From Amphiscolops sp. MND2022 (taxonomy: Eukaryota), in NCBI GenBank assembly GCA_964187785.1, contig OZ076412.1:13144001-13208000 (forward strand): a DNA stretch of 64,000 nt. Direction: 5' to 3'. Every line of letters begins with the position of its first letter. Within the stretch, counting starts at the first letter, position 1. The position numbers were made by a program, and so were the translations under genes. The notes under the pieces are model-generated. The model was not told the origin of the DNA, did no database searches, and saw nothing but the letters and a program-made list of their open reading frames with translations. Positions 46,297 through 58,517 of this stretch are shown piece by piece.

Positions 46297-48648
46297 GCAT
46301 ACATAGGGAAAAAGTGTGAACAAAGTTTGTATCTGAATTCTAAACTATTACCCTGAGAATAAATTTGAAACTGAAGCTTTCTGGTTTGGATTCAAGTCTA
46401 TTTGCTATAAGATTTTCACTAATTCTCCAAAAAAAATTTGGTGGTGGGGGGAAAACAGAAAAAAACCCAGCATTATGATGTGTTTTATACTTTTAGTGAG
46501 TTTGTGTTTGACTAACACATCCATGGCTGGAACAAAATTTTAATGGTATCTGAACCTTGTTTCTCATCCCCCGCGGCCGCTAGGCTCCAAATTGCACTAT
46601 ATCCGAAGTTTCAAGTTATTCCTGAATTATATTGCGGCTTGCGAAGACGGAAGCATGTATAATTATACTTTAGGATTGGCAATTTGGAACTTGAATTTTT
46701 TTGCATAAACTAGTTTTCAGATCTGTTGAGACATTCACTTTGAAACATTCCAACACTTGTTTGTCTAACAATTGAGGCTGGAAGGTGACTGATTTTTTTT
46801 CTAGAAGATTGATAGCATATTACACGAAACAAACGCAGTGCCACTGCATGTCGGGGTTTGACATCGCTAATTTGTTTCGCTAACCAATAATTTCAAAATC
46901 GCTATTTCGCTGAAATACTTTTTCTTCAAACTATTAAACGTTTAACTTCAAGTATGTTTCAAAATTTTAAAAATACTCAATTCAGTTTTCGCGGGAAAAA
47001 AGATTAGAATTTTCCATACTGTGTGGGTTTTACGGGGGTAAGAGTTGGATTTTTTTCGTTCGTTTTGAAATTCTGTGTATACTCAGAATAAATTTCGAAT
47101 TTGGACAATCTATTAGTTGCCGCTTATTTGAATCGCTTATAAAATCGCTTAAAAATTCTTCGCGGCCGCTAATTCACTATTTACTCTGGTTTTACCATAT
47201 ACCATGCAACTAGATAAACTTTCCTTCTAAATACTCAACGTCGGCATTCTTTTTGTCTGAATAAATGCGGTATCTACCGTACGAGCTAATTTTTAATAAA
47301 ACAGAAATTCTTGAAAACAAATTTTTAAAAATGGCCTTGTTTCCGATACTATCGACGTATTTTATTCAATGCCGGTTATTGTTACCGCAATAATACCTTC
47401 TCGCGCACACAGAAGCTGAAAATCCTTCGATAATGTTCCTCGGGAATTGTTAAATTGCAACTTGAGGTATCAATGATTTGGCAGTCGTTTTCTTCTGAGC
47501 TGGCAAGCGTCTTAGAGACGCAATTATGCAATAGCCAACAGGCCTTTTACTGTAATTGCTTTCCAATTTCGCAGAAAAACCGATTTTCAGGAACTGATCA
47601 ATGTGAACCATTACTGACATCAAGTTCCAACCTTCTAATTACGGATTTTTCCTTGATTACGCGAGAGCTCATAACGTAAATTAGCTATTACGTAGAAAAC
47701 TGAAAACGTCAAAAGGCTGGAAAATACCCGAAGGGATACCCATAAAACTCGCAAACCGTTTTTTGTTTAAGTCGACATCAAAATACCTAATTCTGGAAAC
47801 AAATTTCTCTTGGGAAATCTCACAGTGTCGAAAAACCGAAAAAAGACCCTTCAAGCTTGCAAAACGCAAGCCGAAAATTTTTCAAAAAGGAATTCGACAA
47901 ATTTTTTAAAAATTCTTGAAAATTTATAAAACGGGAAGCTTCAGAGACCCTGACGAAAAAAATTTTGCCACTTTAAGAGTATTGTACTTTTCACTAGTAG
48001 AAAGTGCCGACTGAAAACATGCAACGAATCCGCTCCTAAATCAAGGACTTTTCAACCACAAATTTCAGACTATCGAGTCAGGGAACGCTGATAACCATTT
48101 GATTATTCCCCAAGAGATTTGGATTAATAAGTTTTTTGGCATTGTCTCTGGCATCATATCAAATTTCATCTGCTTATTTTCGTTCAATTAGGCGGTGGTA
48201 GTAAAAAATTTTTGTCTGGGAAGGAAAAATGAAGTTTATATAATGAAATTCTGAATACATCGATGAATTATAATTGGCATAGGTAAATGGAAAATATTAC
48301 GTCGAATGAATAGAAAAAAAATAATTGATTCCAGTTATTGCTAAAAAATCGGCTAAGAAATGTAAATATAACTGTTGTGCGAACGTAGCAGCAGACAATG
48401 ATGCTAACAAATTACAGACGTGCACAGTAGAAAAAAGACACGTGAATCAGAAATGTGTAATTGGCAACTGAAAAGAATCAGTTTTCAATAACCCACAATG
48501 ACATTTTCACAAAAATCAAAACTACAATCAAACGCAGTAAGTTTAGTAGCGCTGCAATATAGTGCGCCAATTAATGATTTTTGGAGCAGAACGGAAAGAA
48601 GTATTGGGTTTCTTACAACCCCCGGGGACGTAAAAGCTATGGCGTTGG

Positions 48649-48845
48649 CAGAGTTGGAACCGAGCCGGGCTTGAAAACGGGCTGGGCCGGGCCTGTATTT
48701 CGATAGATGTAGAACAAAAAGGTTCCGAATTTGTTTCTTTTGTTGTCTTTTAGAAGGAGTTTCAAAAGCATTGACCGGGCATGGGCGGGCCAGGCCTGAA
48801 TGTGACCATTCCGGGCCCGGATATTTAGGCCCGCTTCTAACTCTG
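48649..48845. mobile_element. hAT-like MITE (197 bp); duplicated copy at 54623-54819
   Basis: TIRs CAGAGTTGGAACCGAGCC and CAGAGTTAGAAGCGGGCC (reverse), GGGCC subterminal repeats, 8-bp TSD ggcgttgg / ggtgttgg. Confidence 0.8.
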
Positions 48846-49399
48846 GGTGTTGGTCATGATCGAGTGATCCCCACACCCCAAACCATGTCCGACGACACTG
48901 AAAGAAAAAGCTTCAGTGATATTTCTGGGGAATCAAGAAAGAAATAATTAAAAACTTGCCTATCTTTTCCACATACATTTCTCGGGATAGGAACTCCTTG
49001 CAAAAGTTTTCGTAACCGATTTATCTAATTCCAGACAATTTCCCGAAGCAATGGCAATTTTCAAATTTTGCCAAACAAGTTTTCATCTATCAAGTTTAAC
49101 TGAAACCATCCAGTGTTGATCTATTAGTTTTGCTCCTTGAATGAAAGTACAATTATGACCTTTTGTATTTACTCCTCCTTTGAATGCAGACAAGGCTCTC
49201 AGTGAACAATTAATTAGTCGATTAATTATTCAATTACTCGTTCACTTTCTGCTAAAAAGTCAAAAACCGAGAGAGGGTGAAAATTTTCGCTCTTTGCTTC
49301 AGGAAGAACTGATAACAGCTCAGAATTTTGCAGATTAGAAAATTAAATTCAAAACTTACAATTATTTTCCAGACAACAGTAAAAAACTGATTTCCAAAA

Positions 49400-49500
49400 A
49401 TTTTCGCCGGAAAAAACTTCATCCCTAGCGGGATTCGAACGCACAGCCTTGTGCCCCCAAAGACCACTAGAATAACTATTGAACGGGCGCCGATAACGTT
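49400..49500 (-). ncRNA. tRNA-derived SINE-like head; duplicate at about 55375-55475
   Basis: Minus strand: ...ttattctagtgg...tgcGTTCGAATCCcgctaggg...tttttt. Confidence 0.45.
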
Positions 49501-50021
49501 TTTATCGGTTTTCCTCGCAACCTTTTTACATTGCGAATTTCGCGAAAATGCAACCTCGGTACCTTTGACTGCGACCGTCAAAAACAAAGTTTTGATACTT
49601 GATTAAAAGAAAATACTACAGAACGGCAATGACCTTTGCTTGTTTATTCTCAGCGAACGATTAATTAGTAAAGACTACATTCATTTATACAAGCAGTTGA
49701 AAGATAATCTTTCATTAAAAGGGGAGCGTTTATACATATGATATGTATATGATATGTTATCTGAAGCTGGAAAGTTTATTCATCTAAATGATTTTAATAA
49801 CGTAGTCAGCTCAGGGTTATCGAAAATATTATTGGAATATTATTTCCTTCGAAAATAAATTATTTCAATATTTTTTCTCTAAAAAAATAATTTATAATAG
49901 GTTTCAAAAGTAAAATATTCCAATTTGAATCAATTTTGAGAAACAGTTTCTGCATTCCAAAAATCTCGATTATGGTGCACGAATTCGCGAAGCACAGAGT
50001 CAAGGACGGCTGAACAAGTCA

Positions 50022-51233
50022 ATGCTTCCTGAAGAGACGAAGCATCCAATTCTTCTTTCAGCTAAACACCCTGCGATTGTTCTTCTCGTGAGACAAGCTC
50101 ACGTGGACAATCATCATGAAGGAACTGAGCATGTCAGAAACATACTCCAGCAACAATACTGGATAACTGGACTCAGAAACGCTTTGAGACGCATCAAGTA
50201 CAGCTGTGTACAATGTCGGAAAGCTGCTTCACAACCGTTTCAACCTCACATGGCAGACTTGCCTAAGGAGCGAGTGCAGCAGAACGTGTACCCTTTCAGC
50301 AACACAGGGGTCGACTACTTTGGACCCTTCGAAGTGACATTCTTCAGGAAGACAGTCAAGTACTGGTGTTGTCTCTTCACTTGTCTAGTCACTAGAGCAG
50401 TTCACATCGAAGTCGTGAACGGCTTGGACACAGACGCGTGCATGATGGCAATCACGCGATTCATGGCAAGGAGAGGCAAGCCATTGAAAATCATCAGTGA
50501 CAATGGCACTAACTTTGTTGGAGCTGCACGGGAGTTCAAAGAATGCTTCAGTGAATGGAATCAAGATGCTCTTTCGGAAATTCTTGCCAAGCAGCGCGTC
50601 GTTTGGCAATTCAATCCCCCCGGAGCGCCACATTTCGGTGGTATATGGGAGCGACTTGTGAGAAGTTGCAAAAAGTCTATGATTGCTATCTTGGGAAGTC
50701 GACGCTTGACTCTACCAGTACTCACCACAACGATGTGTCTGGTTGAACAGACGCTAAATTCAAGGCCTTTGACGCCTGTCAGTGATGATCCAGAGGATCT
50801 AGAGGCATTAACGCCTAACCATTTTCTACTGGGCAGACCTGTAATTTCGGAGCCATTATTTCCGGATGCATCAAGATACGTGAACTGTCGAAAGCTCTAC
50901 AAAGCGTCTCAAGCATATCATGAAATGATATGGAAAAGATGGGCTCGCGATTATCTGCCGCAATGGAACGTGCGACCTAAATGGGGGAGCAATGACGTGC
51001 GAGCCCTCCAAGTAGGTGATCTGGTGTGGGTCATTGATGAGTCAGTGAAGCGGTGCAAAAATCAAATGGCTAGAGTTTTGGATGTCTTCCCGGGCAGTGA
51101 TGGAGTGGTTCGATCAGCAAAGATACAGACTTCAAATGGGATATTCGTTCGACCCGCTGTGAAGCTGGCGCCACTATTGGACGATTGTTTTCAGAGAGAA
51201 AACAGGGCCGGCGATGTTGGCGCCAGAGATTGA
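50022..51233 (+). CDS. Duplicated stand-alone integrase ORF (403 aa)
   Basis: Identical to the last 403 aa of 43815-45260 except ENRAG versus ENMAG. Starts at an internal Met 20 nt after the duplication junction. Confidence 0.85.
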   Translation: MLPEETKHPILLSAKHPAIVLLVRQAHVDNHHEGTEHVRNILQQQYWITGLRNALRRIKYSCVQCRKAASQPFQPHMADLPKERVQQNVYPFSNTGVDYFGPFEVTFFRKTVKYWCCLFTCLVTRAVHIEVVNGLDTDACMMAITRFMARRGKPLKIISDNGTNFVGAAREFKECFSEWNQDALSEILAKQRVVWQFNPPGAPHFGGIWERLVRSCKKSMIAILGSRRLTLPVLTTTMCLVEQTLNSRPLTPVSDDPEDLEALTPNHFLLGRPVISEPLFPDASRYVNCRKLYKASQAYHEMIWKRWARDYLPQWNVRPKWGSNDVRALQVGDLVWVIDESVKRCKNQMARVLDVFPGSDGVVRSAKIQTSNGIFVRPAVKLAPLLDDCFQRENRAGDVGARD

Positions 51234-52269
51234 GAAACCAACTTGAACATATTAGCTGGAAATCTTGAGTTACAAAACTTTGTAAAACACTCGAAACTCA
51301 AAAGCGTAATTAACTAACCTGTGCTGTTGTGATTAGTTGAAGTCAAATGATCAATTTGGTAATGGCGCTTAATGTTTGTCCCAAAGTTCATTGTACTTTG
51401 ATTCTATTCGAACGAGAACGGTGGCGTGATTTGAGGCAAATGTTATCTATCCAACCTATCGGTCAAATTGCCGTTCATATTGCAGTTTCATTGATAGATT
51501 TACCTCTTTATGGAAAATTTTGGAAGGAATTTCCAAATTGGAGGTGTGAGAGGTCCGAAAACGTGATGGAAAAAGTGATTTTATGTAACTTTGTTATTTG
51601 AATATCCTGTGATTTTAAAGGTTATCAACTGTACATCCGCTGAGTAGAGTATAAATTTGACCAATTTTGATACCATATTCAGAACGCTAATTAAAATATT
51701 CTTGAAACTTAAATGTCTTTGACAGCTGTTGAGTAGCTACCCCGGTTCCGGTTTAGACAGGTTGTGACTGGGAGGGTAGCATTGCACTACTCAACGATCG
51801 AAAAAATAAACGATCAGCTGTTTTAGGAGTCCAAATCAATCAGAAAAGTACTCTTGAAATAGCTTCATTAGGCGTAGTAGATCTAAGATCTAGGAAAGCG
51901 TTCTATAATCGCTCATCGTAGTAGCGAGATCAAAAGCTCATCGTAAGAGCTTTTCAATCGAAACGACAACCCTCTTTGGAGGCTTGGGTGGAAACAATCC
52001 GTTGAGGACGATCAGTTGCAGTGTTTGGGCGTACAACATCCGGACAACGAAGAGGCGAGGCAGATTTCCAGTCAAAAGAGGGATTGGGATCGAAGTGTTG
52101 CTTAGCCTGGAGTCTGGTGTTGAGGAGCACGAAGCCGCTAGCAGCTGAGAACTCATTGAACAGATACAGTCCTTTAGAAAGTTTGTTCCTGCTTTTGGCC
52201 GAAGAAGCGGGAAGGATCAGGGACCGGCAGAAAGCTCAATTCCGCTGTAAGATTTGAGCGGCCGTTACA
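51215..52269 (+). repeat. Third LTR copy, part of the duplication
   Basis: tgttggcgcc...gccgttaca followed by gcata, with the same downstream flank as the 3' LTR. Confidence 0.97.
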
Positions 52270-55200
52270 GCATACATAGGGAAAAAGTGTGAACAAAGTT
52301 TGTATCTGAATTCTAAACTATTACCCTGAGAATAAATTTGAAACTGAAGCTTTCTGGTTTGGATTCAAGTCTATTTGCTATAAGATTTTCACTAATTCTC
52401 CAAAAAAAATTTGGTGGTGGGGGGGAAAACAGAAAAAAACCCAGCATTATGATGTGTTTTATACTTTTAGTGAGTTTGTGTTTGACTAACACATCCATGG
52501 CTGGAACAAAATTTTAATGGTATCTGAACCTTGTTTCTTATCCCCCGCGGCCGCTAGGCTCCAAATTGCACTATATCCGAAGTTTCAAGTTATTCCTGAA
52601 TTATATTGCGGCTTGCGAAGACGGAAGCATGTATAATTATACTTTAGGATTGGCAATTTGGAACTTGAATTTTTTTGCATAAACTAGTTTTCAGATCTGT
52701 TGAGACATTCACTTTGAAACATTCCAACACTTGTTTGTCTAACAATTGAGGCTGGAAGGTGACTGATTTTTTTTCTAGAAGATTGATAGCATATTACACG
52801 AAACAAACGCAGTGCCACTGCATGTCGGGGTTTGACATCGCTAATTTGTTTCGCTAACCAATAATTTCAAAATCGCTATTTCGCTGAAATACTTTTTCTT
52901 CAAACTATTAAACGTTTAACTTCAAGTATGTTTCAAAATTTTAAAAATACTCAATTCAGTTTTCGCGGGAAAAAAGATTAGAATTTTCCATACTGTGTGG
53001 GTTTTACGGGGGTAAGAGTTGGATTTTTTTCGTTCGTTTTGAAATTCTGTGTATACTCAGAATAAATTTCGAATTTGGACAATCTATTAGTTGCCGCTTA
53101 TTTGAATCGCTTATAAAATCGCTTAAAAATTCTTCGCGGCCGCTAATTCACTATTTACTCTGGTTTTACCATATACCATGCAACTAGATAAACTTTCCTT
53201 CTAAATACTCAACGTCGGCATTCTTTTTGTCTGAATAAATGCGGTATCTACCGTACGAGCTAATTTTTAATAAAACAGAAATTCTTGAAAACAAATTTTT
53301 AAAAATGGCCTTGTTTCCGATACTATCGACGTATTTTATTCAATGCCGGTTATTGTTACCGCAATAATACCTTCTCGCGCACACAGAAGCTGAAAATCCT
53401 TCGATAATGTTCCTCGGGAATTGTTAAATTGCAACTTGAGGTATCAATGATTTGGCAGTCGTTTTCTTCTGAGCTGGCAAGCGTCTTAGAGACGCAATTA
53501 TGCAATAGCCAACAGGCCTTTTACTGTAATTGCTTTCCAATTTCGCAGAAAAACCGATTTTCAGGAACTGATCAATGTGAACCATTACTGACATCAAGTT
53601 CCAACCTTCTAATTACGGATTTTTCCTTGATTACGCGAGAGCTCATAACGTAAATTAGCTATTACGTAGAAAACTGAAAACGTCAAAAGGCTGGAAAATA
53701 CCCGAAGGGATACCCATAAAACTCGCAAACCGTTTTTTGTTTAAGTCGACATCAAAATACCTAATTCTGGAAACAAATTTCTCTTGGGAAATCTCACAGT
53801 GTCGAAAAACCGAAAAAAGACCCTTCAAGCTTGCAAAACGCAAGCCGAAAATTTTTCAAAAAGGAATTCGACAAACTTTTTAAAAATTCTTGAAAATTTA
53901 TAAAACGGGAAGCTTCAGAGACCCTGACGAAAAAAATTTTGCCACTTTAAGAGTATTGTACTTTTCACTAGTAGAAAGTGCCGACTGAAAACATGCAACG
54001 AATCCGCTCCTAAATCAAGGACTTTTCAACCACAAATTTCAGACTATCGAGTCAGGGAACGCTGATAACCATTTGATTATTCCCCAAGAGATTTGGATTA
54101 ATAAGTTTTTTGGCATTGTCTCTGGCATCATATCAAATTTCATCTGCTTATTTTCGTTCAATTAGGCGGTGGTAGTAAAAAATTTTTGTCTGGGAAGGAA
54201 AAATGAAGTTTATATAATGAAATTCTGAATACATCGATGAATTATAATTGGCATAGGTAAATGGAAAATATTACGTCGAATGAATAGAAAAAAAATAATT
54301 GATTCCAGTTATTGCTAAAAAATCGGCTAAGAAATGTAAATATAACTGTTGTGCGAACGTAGCAGCAGACAATGATGCTAACAAATTACAGACGTGCACA
54401 GTAGAAAAAAGACACGTGAATCAGAAATGTGTAATTGGCAACTGAAAAGAATCAGTTTTCAATAACCCACAATGACATTTTCACAAAAATCAAAACTACA
54501 ATCAAACGCAGTAAGTTTAGTAGCGCTGCAATATAGTGCGCCAATTAATGATTTTTGGAGCAGAACGGAAAGAAGTATTGGGTTTCTTACAACCCCCGGG
54601 GACGTAAAAGCTATGGCGTTGGCAGAGTTGGAACCGAGCCGGGCTTGAAAACGGGCTGGGCCGGGCCTGTATTTCGATAGATGTAGAACAAAAAGGTTCC
54701 GAATTTGTTTCTTTTGTTGTCTTTTAGAAGGAGTTTCAAAAGCATTGACCGGGCATGGGCGGGCCAGGCCTGAATGTGACCATTCCGGGCCCGGATATTT
54801 AGGCCCGCTTCTAACTCTGGGTGTTGGTCATGATCGAGTGATCCCCACACCCCAAACCATGTCCGACGACACTGAAAGAAAAAGCTTCAGTGATATTTCT
54901 GGGGAATCAAGAAAGAAATAATTAAAAACTTGCCTATCTTTTCCACATACATTTCTCGGGATAGGAACTCCTTGCAAAAGTTTTCGTAACCGATTTATCT
55001 AATTCCAGACAATTTCCCGAAGCAATGGCAATTTTCAAATTTTGCCAAACAAGTTTTCATCTATCAAGTTTAACTGAAACCATCCAGTGTTGATCTATTA
55101 GTTTTGCTCCTTGAATGAAAGTACAATTATGACCTTTTGTATTTACTCCTCCTTTGAATGCAGACAAGGCTCTCAGTGAACAATTAATTAGTCGATTAAT

Positions 55201-56324
55201 TATTCAATTACTCGTTCACTTTCTGCTAAAAAGTCAAAAACCGAGAGAGGGTGAAAATTTTCGCTCTTTGCTTCAGGAAGAACTGATAACAGCTCAGAAT
55301 TTTGCAGATTAGAAAATTAAATTCAAAACTTACAATTATTTTCCAGACAACAGTAAAAAACTGATTTCCAAAAATTTTCGCCGGAAAAAACTTCATCCCT
55401 AGCGGGATTCGAACGCACAGCCTTGTGCCCCCAAAGACCACTAGAATAACTATTGAACGGGCGCCGATAACGTTTTTATCGGTTTTCCTCGCAACCTTTT
55501 TACATTGCGAATTTCGCGAAAATGCAACCTCGGTACCTTTGACTGCGACCGTCAAAAACAAAGTTTTGATACTTGATTAAAAGAAAATACTACAGAACGG
55601 CAATGACCTTTGCTTGTTTATTCTCAGCGAACGATTAATTAGTAAAGACTACATTCATTTATACAAGCAGTTGAAAGATAATCTTTCATTAAAAGGGGAG
55701 CGTTTATACATATGATATGTATATGATATGTTATCTGAAGCTGGAAAGTTTATTCATCTAAATGATTTTAATAACGTAGTCAGCTCAGGGTTATCGAAAA
55801 TATTATTGGAATATTATTTCCTTCGAAAATAAATTATTTCAATATTTTTTCTCTAAAAAAATAATTTATAATAGGTTTCAAAAGTAAAATATTCCAATTT
55901 GAATCAATTTTGAGAAACAGTTTCTGCATTCCAAAAATCTCGATTATGGTGCACGAATTCGCGAAGCACAGAGTCTAGAAAAATATTGCCATGGCTAATA
56001 TCAAAATCCTCTGATTGTATTTTAATGTTAGACTAAATTTTTTCGTGTCTCAGAATTGTTTCTGCCATCAAATCGTCTGTGCGAAAAGGCATGAAAACAA
56101 TTTACATTTTTGTAAATAATGAGCCAGATATTTGCCCACTGTTTTATTGGTAAAATTATTTGACTCTAAAAATTAATTAATTGTATTTTATCAGAGAGAA
56201 AGTAAGTTATTTGTATTTTTTTCGCGTTCCAATAATTTATTTTGACAGTATTTATTGGAATTATTCAAGCGGAAATTATTTTTTTCGGTAACCCTGGGTC
56301 AGCTAGCTATATTCACATACCCTT

Positions 56325-56470
56325 ACATGTAGTGCCTTAAATGCAGAAGCGAGGCTGAGCGCAGAGACGTGCCACTACTAGTCCAGTGGCTGGTTTTGAC
56401 GAAGCGCCGCGGACGGAGGAAGCCCGAGTCATACAACCAGTATTTTCGATAATGACTGATTTGACGCTAA
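56325..56470. repeat. Dispersed GC-rich core repeat, diverged copy 3
   Basis: gtgccttaaatgcagaagcgaggctgagcgcagagacgtgcc...gctggttttgacgaagc...cgagtcat. Confidence 0.6.
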
Positions 56471-56962
56471 TAAACCCCGAATTATGCGGGCCTCAACTTA
56501 CACGAGGCACACATCAATCAAAACTAAATAAATGATGTCATTCAGATAAAATTGGAAGGAAGGCCTAATTTAGTCAAAAAGAAATCGGTACTAAATAGAC
56601 CGTTCACTCTAAGTCCTGGAGAGAAGAGCTAACCACTGTATAAGAGAAATTTTTCTTTTGAATTGGAAAAGCGCCGTAGAGAAACTGTCAAGTGATCAGT
56701 TTGCTAAAACTGTTAGCAAAAACAAGTCGATAACGACCCGAGTCGGCGCCCCACCCAAAGCTCGAAAAGCAGAGTCTTTTGCTTTTGCCCAAAGACAATT
56801 GTTTAATAACTTTTATCAAGCTCACAGTACCAAAAATTTGCGGAGGGGCACCATTGAGCCAGAAGGGACACAGAACGGAGCTTTTCATTGGGCAAATCTT
56901 ACTTTCGTTCTTGTTAACCACTTACATCTGTATAAGTGTCTCAACACTTTTCGCTAAGTTTA

Positions 56963-57508
56963 AACAAGCCGAGAACGGCCAAAGTCGGCGCCATGTCTAA
57001 GGCTCAAAATTGAAAATGGGGGACCCTTCGAGCTTTGTGAAACTCCAGCTGGTTGCAAAAAATGAAAAAATTGAGGGGGGGACCCTTTGGGGACATGAAA
57101 AAATTTCCCAAAAATTTTTATAAAAATGAGATTTTTGAACAGTATCACAGTGCCGAAAAATGTAAAAGGGGGACCCTTTGCGATTTTTGACATCCATTGT
57201 GTTGCAAAATATCGAAACAAATGAAGGGGGACCCTTTGGTGCAATCCAAAAAGTTTCAGAAAGTCTCATAGTGCCGAAAAAAAGTGGGGCTATGTGGGGA
57301 TTCTTAGTGTGTTTTCGAGGTTCTGGACGTCTGTTTTGTTTTTTCTTTTCGTTTTGGACGCGCTTCTGAGGTTGGAGTTGTTGAGGTTTGAAGTTGTTGA
57401 GGTTTGACGTTGTTGAACAAATGAACAAAATAGTGGACCTTACGCGTCTAAAAAACTACCCACTGTAAGAGTCGGGCACATTTTCTACTAAAATGCGCCG
57501 ACTAAAAA
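56963..57508 (-). mobile_element. Full-length HINE-family element
   Basis: aacaaGCCGagaaCGGCcaaagtcggcgcc ... aaaatgcgccgactaaaaa. Confidence 0.75.
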
Positions 57509-57547
57509 GAGCCCTGTCGTAGCCTTAGGCAGTGGGTTGAAATTAGG

Positions 57548-58211
57548 ATTACCAGAAATTTCGTCGTCAGAATTTTCGTCGCAAGAAATTTCGTCGTCGG
57601 AAATTTCGTCGTCAGAAATTTCGTCGTCAGAATTTTCGTCGCCGGTGATTACGTTCTATAAAACGTCGCATTTTCTTTAATCTAATAGGAATCGTTTTAT
57701 TATTGAGTCTTAATAATTATCGATAATTGTACAATTATTAGTATCATTGACTACTTTTAGTTATGGTTTTGAGAGAAACAGTTTCGGACCTTATCCCCCC
57801 AGATACACGTTGTTTCTTATCCCCCGAACACGAAGTTGTTTCGACACTTGAAGCAAAAATTACCAAGTTTTTAAAATAATTTTCTGACAAAAAAGCAAAA
57901 ATTCCCCCTGGAACAAACTTAAATTGTATTGTAAAGCCCGAGAAGTAGTTACACCGGTAGGACTGAAAATATACCATAGCTCAGTTGATTGAATGCAATT
58001 AACTTTTTGACTCAATTTTGGTGTCAAAATGAAACTTGTTCTTCAGATCTCATTTTAATAATTAAATAATTGAATAATTCAAATGATATTTTTTGGTGAA
58101 CGCTGTTATTCTAATCAATACGACGAAATTTCTGACGACGAAATTTCTGGATTTGCTAATACGACGAAATTTCCTACGACGAAATTTCTGACGACAAAAT
58201 TTCCGCCTCCC
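57548..58211. mobile_element. Foldback/MuDR-like MITE whose TIRs consist of tandem 15-bp units
   Basis: Left (gaaatttcgtcgtca)n, right (cgacgaaatttctga)n. Flanked by the 9-bp direct repeat gaaattagg (57539-57547 and 58212-58220). Confidence 0.7.
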
Positions 58212-58517
58212 GAAATTAGGCAGCGCTAGATTGAAATTTTCTCCACAGGGAAATGATGAGGAGTATTTTTCGGTTCCCATCCATATCTAATTGTAAGTCG
58301 TGAAATTCCGTGAATTGAAAAAAAGTCGGGGAAAATGCAGTGCCGAAAAACCAAAGGACTCTTTGACCTAGTCCAGCTCTGGAAACGTGCGAATTTCAAG
58401 ACCAATCCGGAATTCGAATGGCCTCCAGCTTTCCAGACAGACAAGTCCCGCACAGTGAGCGCTTAACCAAGTAGGACAAGCGGTTGGCGATAAGAAATTT
58501 ATACAAAGGCAGTATTT

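Larger units (their letters stand above)
37476..46466. mobile_element. Second copy of the GG..CC MITE (about 405 bp), split by the BEL element into 37476-37715 and 46302-46466
   Basis: TIR ctgtccccccaccaccaaaattttt versus aaaaatttggtggtggggggaaaacag. Flanks cagcattg and cagcatta (7/8 match). The joined halves align with 33389-33744. Confidence 0.75.
44029..55975 (+). repeat. Direct tandem duplication; units 44029-50001 and 50002-55975 (5973/5974 bp)
   Basis: Junction ...gcacagagtc|aaggacggctg at 50001/50002. The ORF track repeats with offsets of 5973-5974. Only a few SNVs and one G-run indel were seen. Confidence 0.97.

Noticed and set aside
45242-52269. LTR2-host DNA-integrase-LTR3 as a new transducing retroelement
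   Set aside because: LTR2 is followed by the TSD gcata and flank rather than a TGG primer binding site, and no new TSD brackets the unit. It is a by-product of the tandem duplication.
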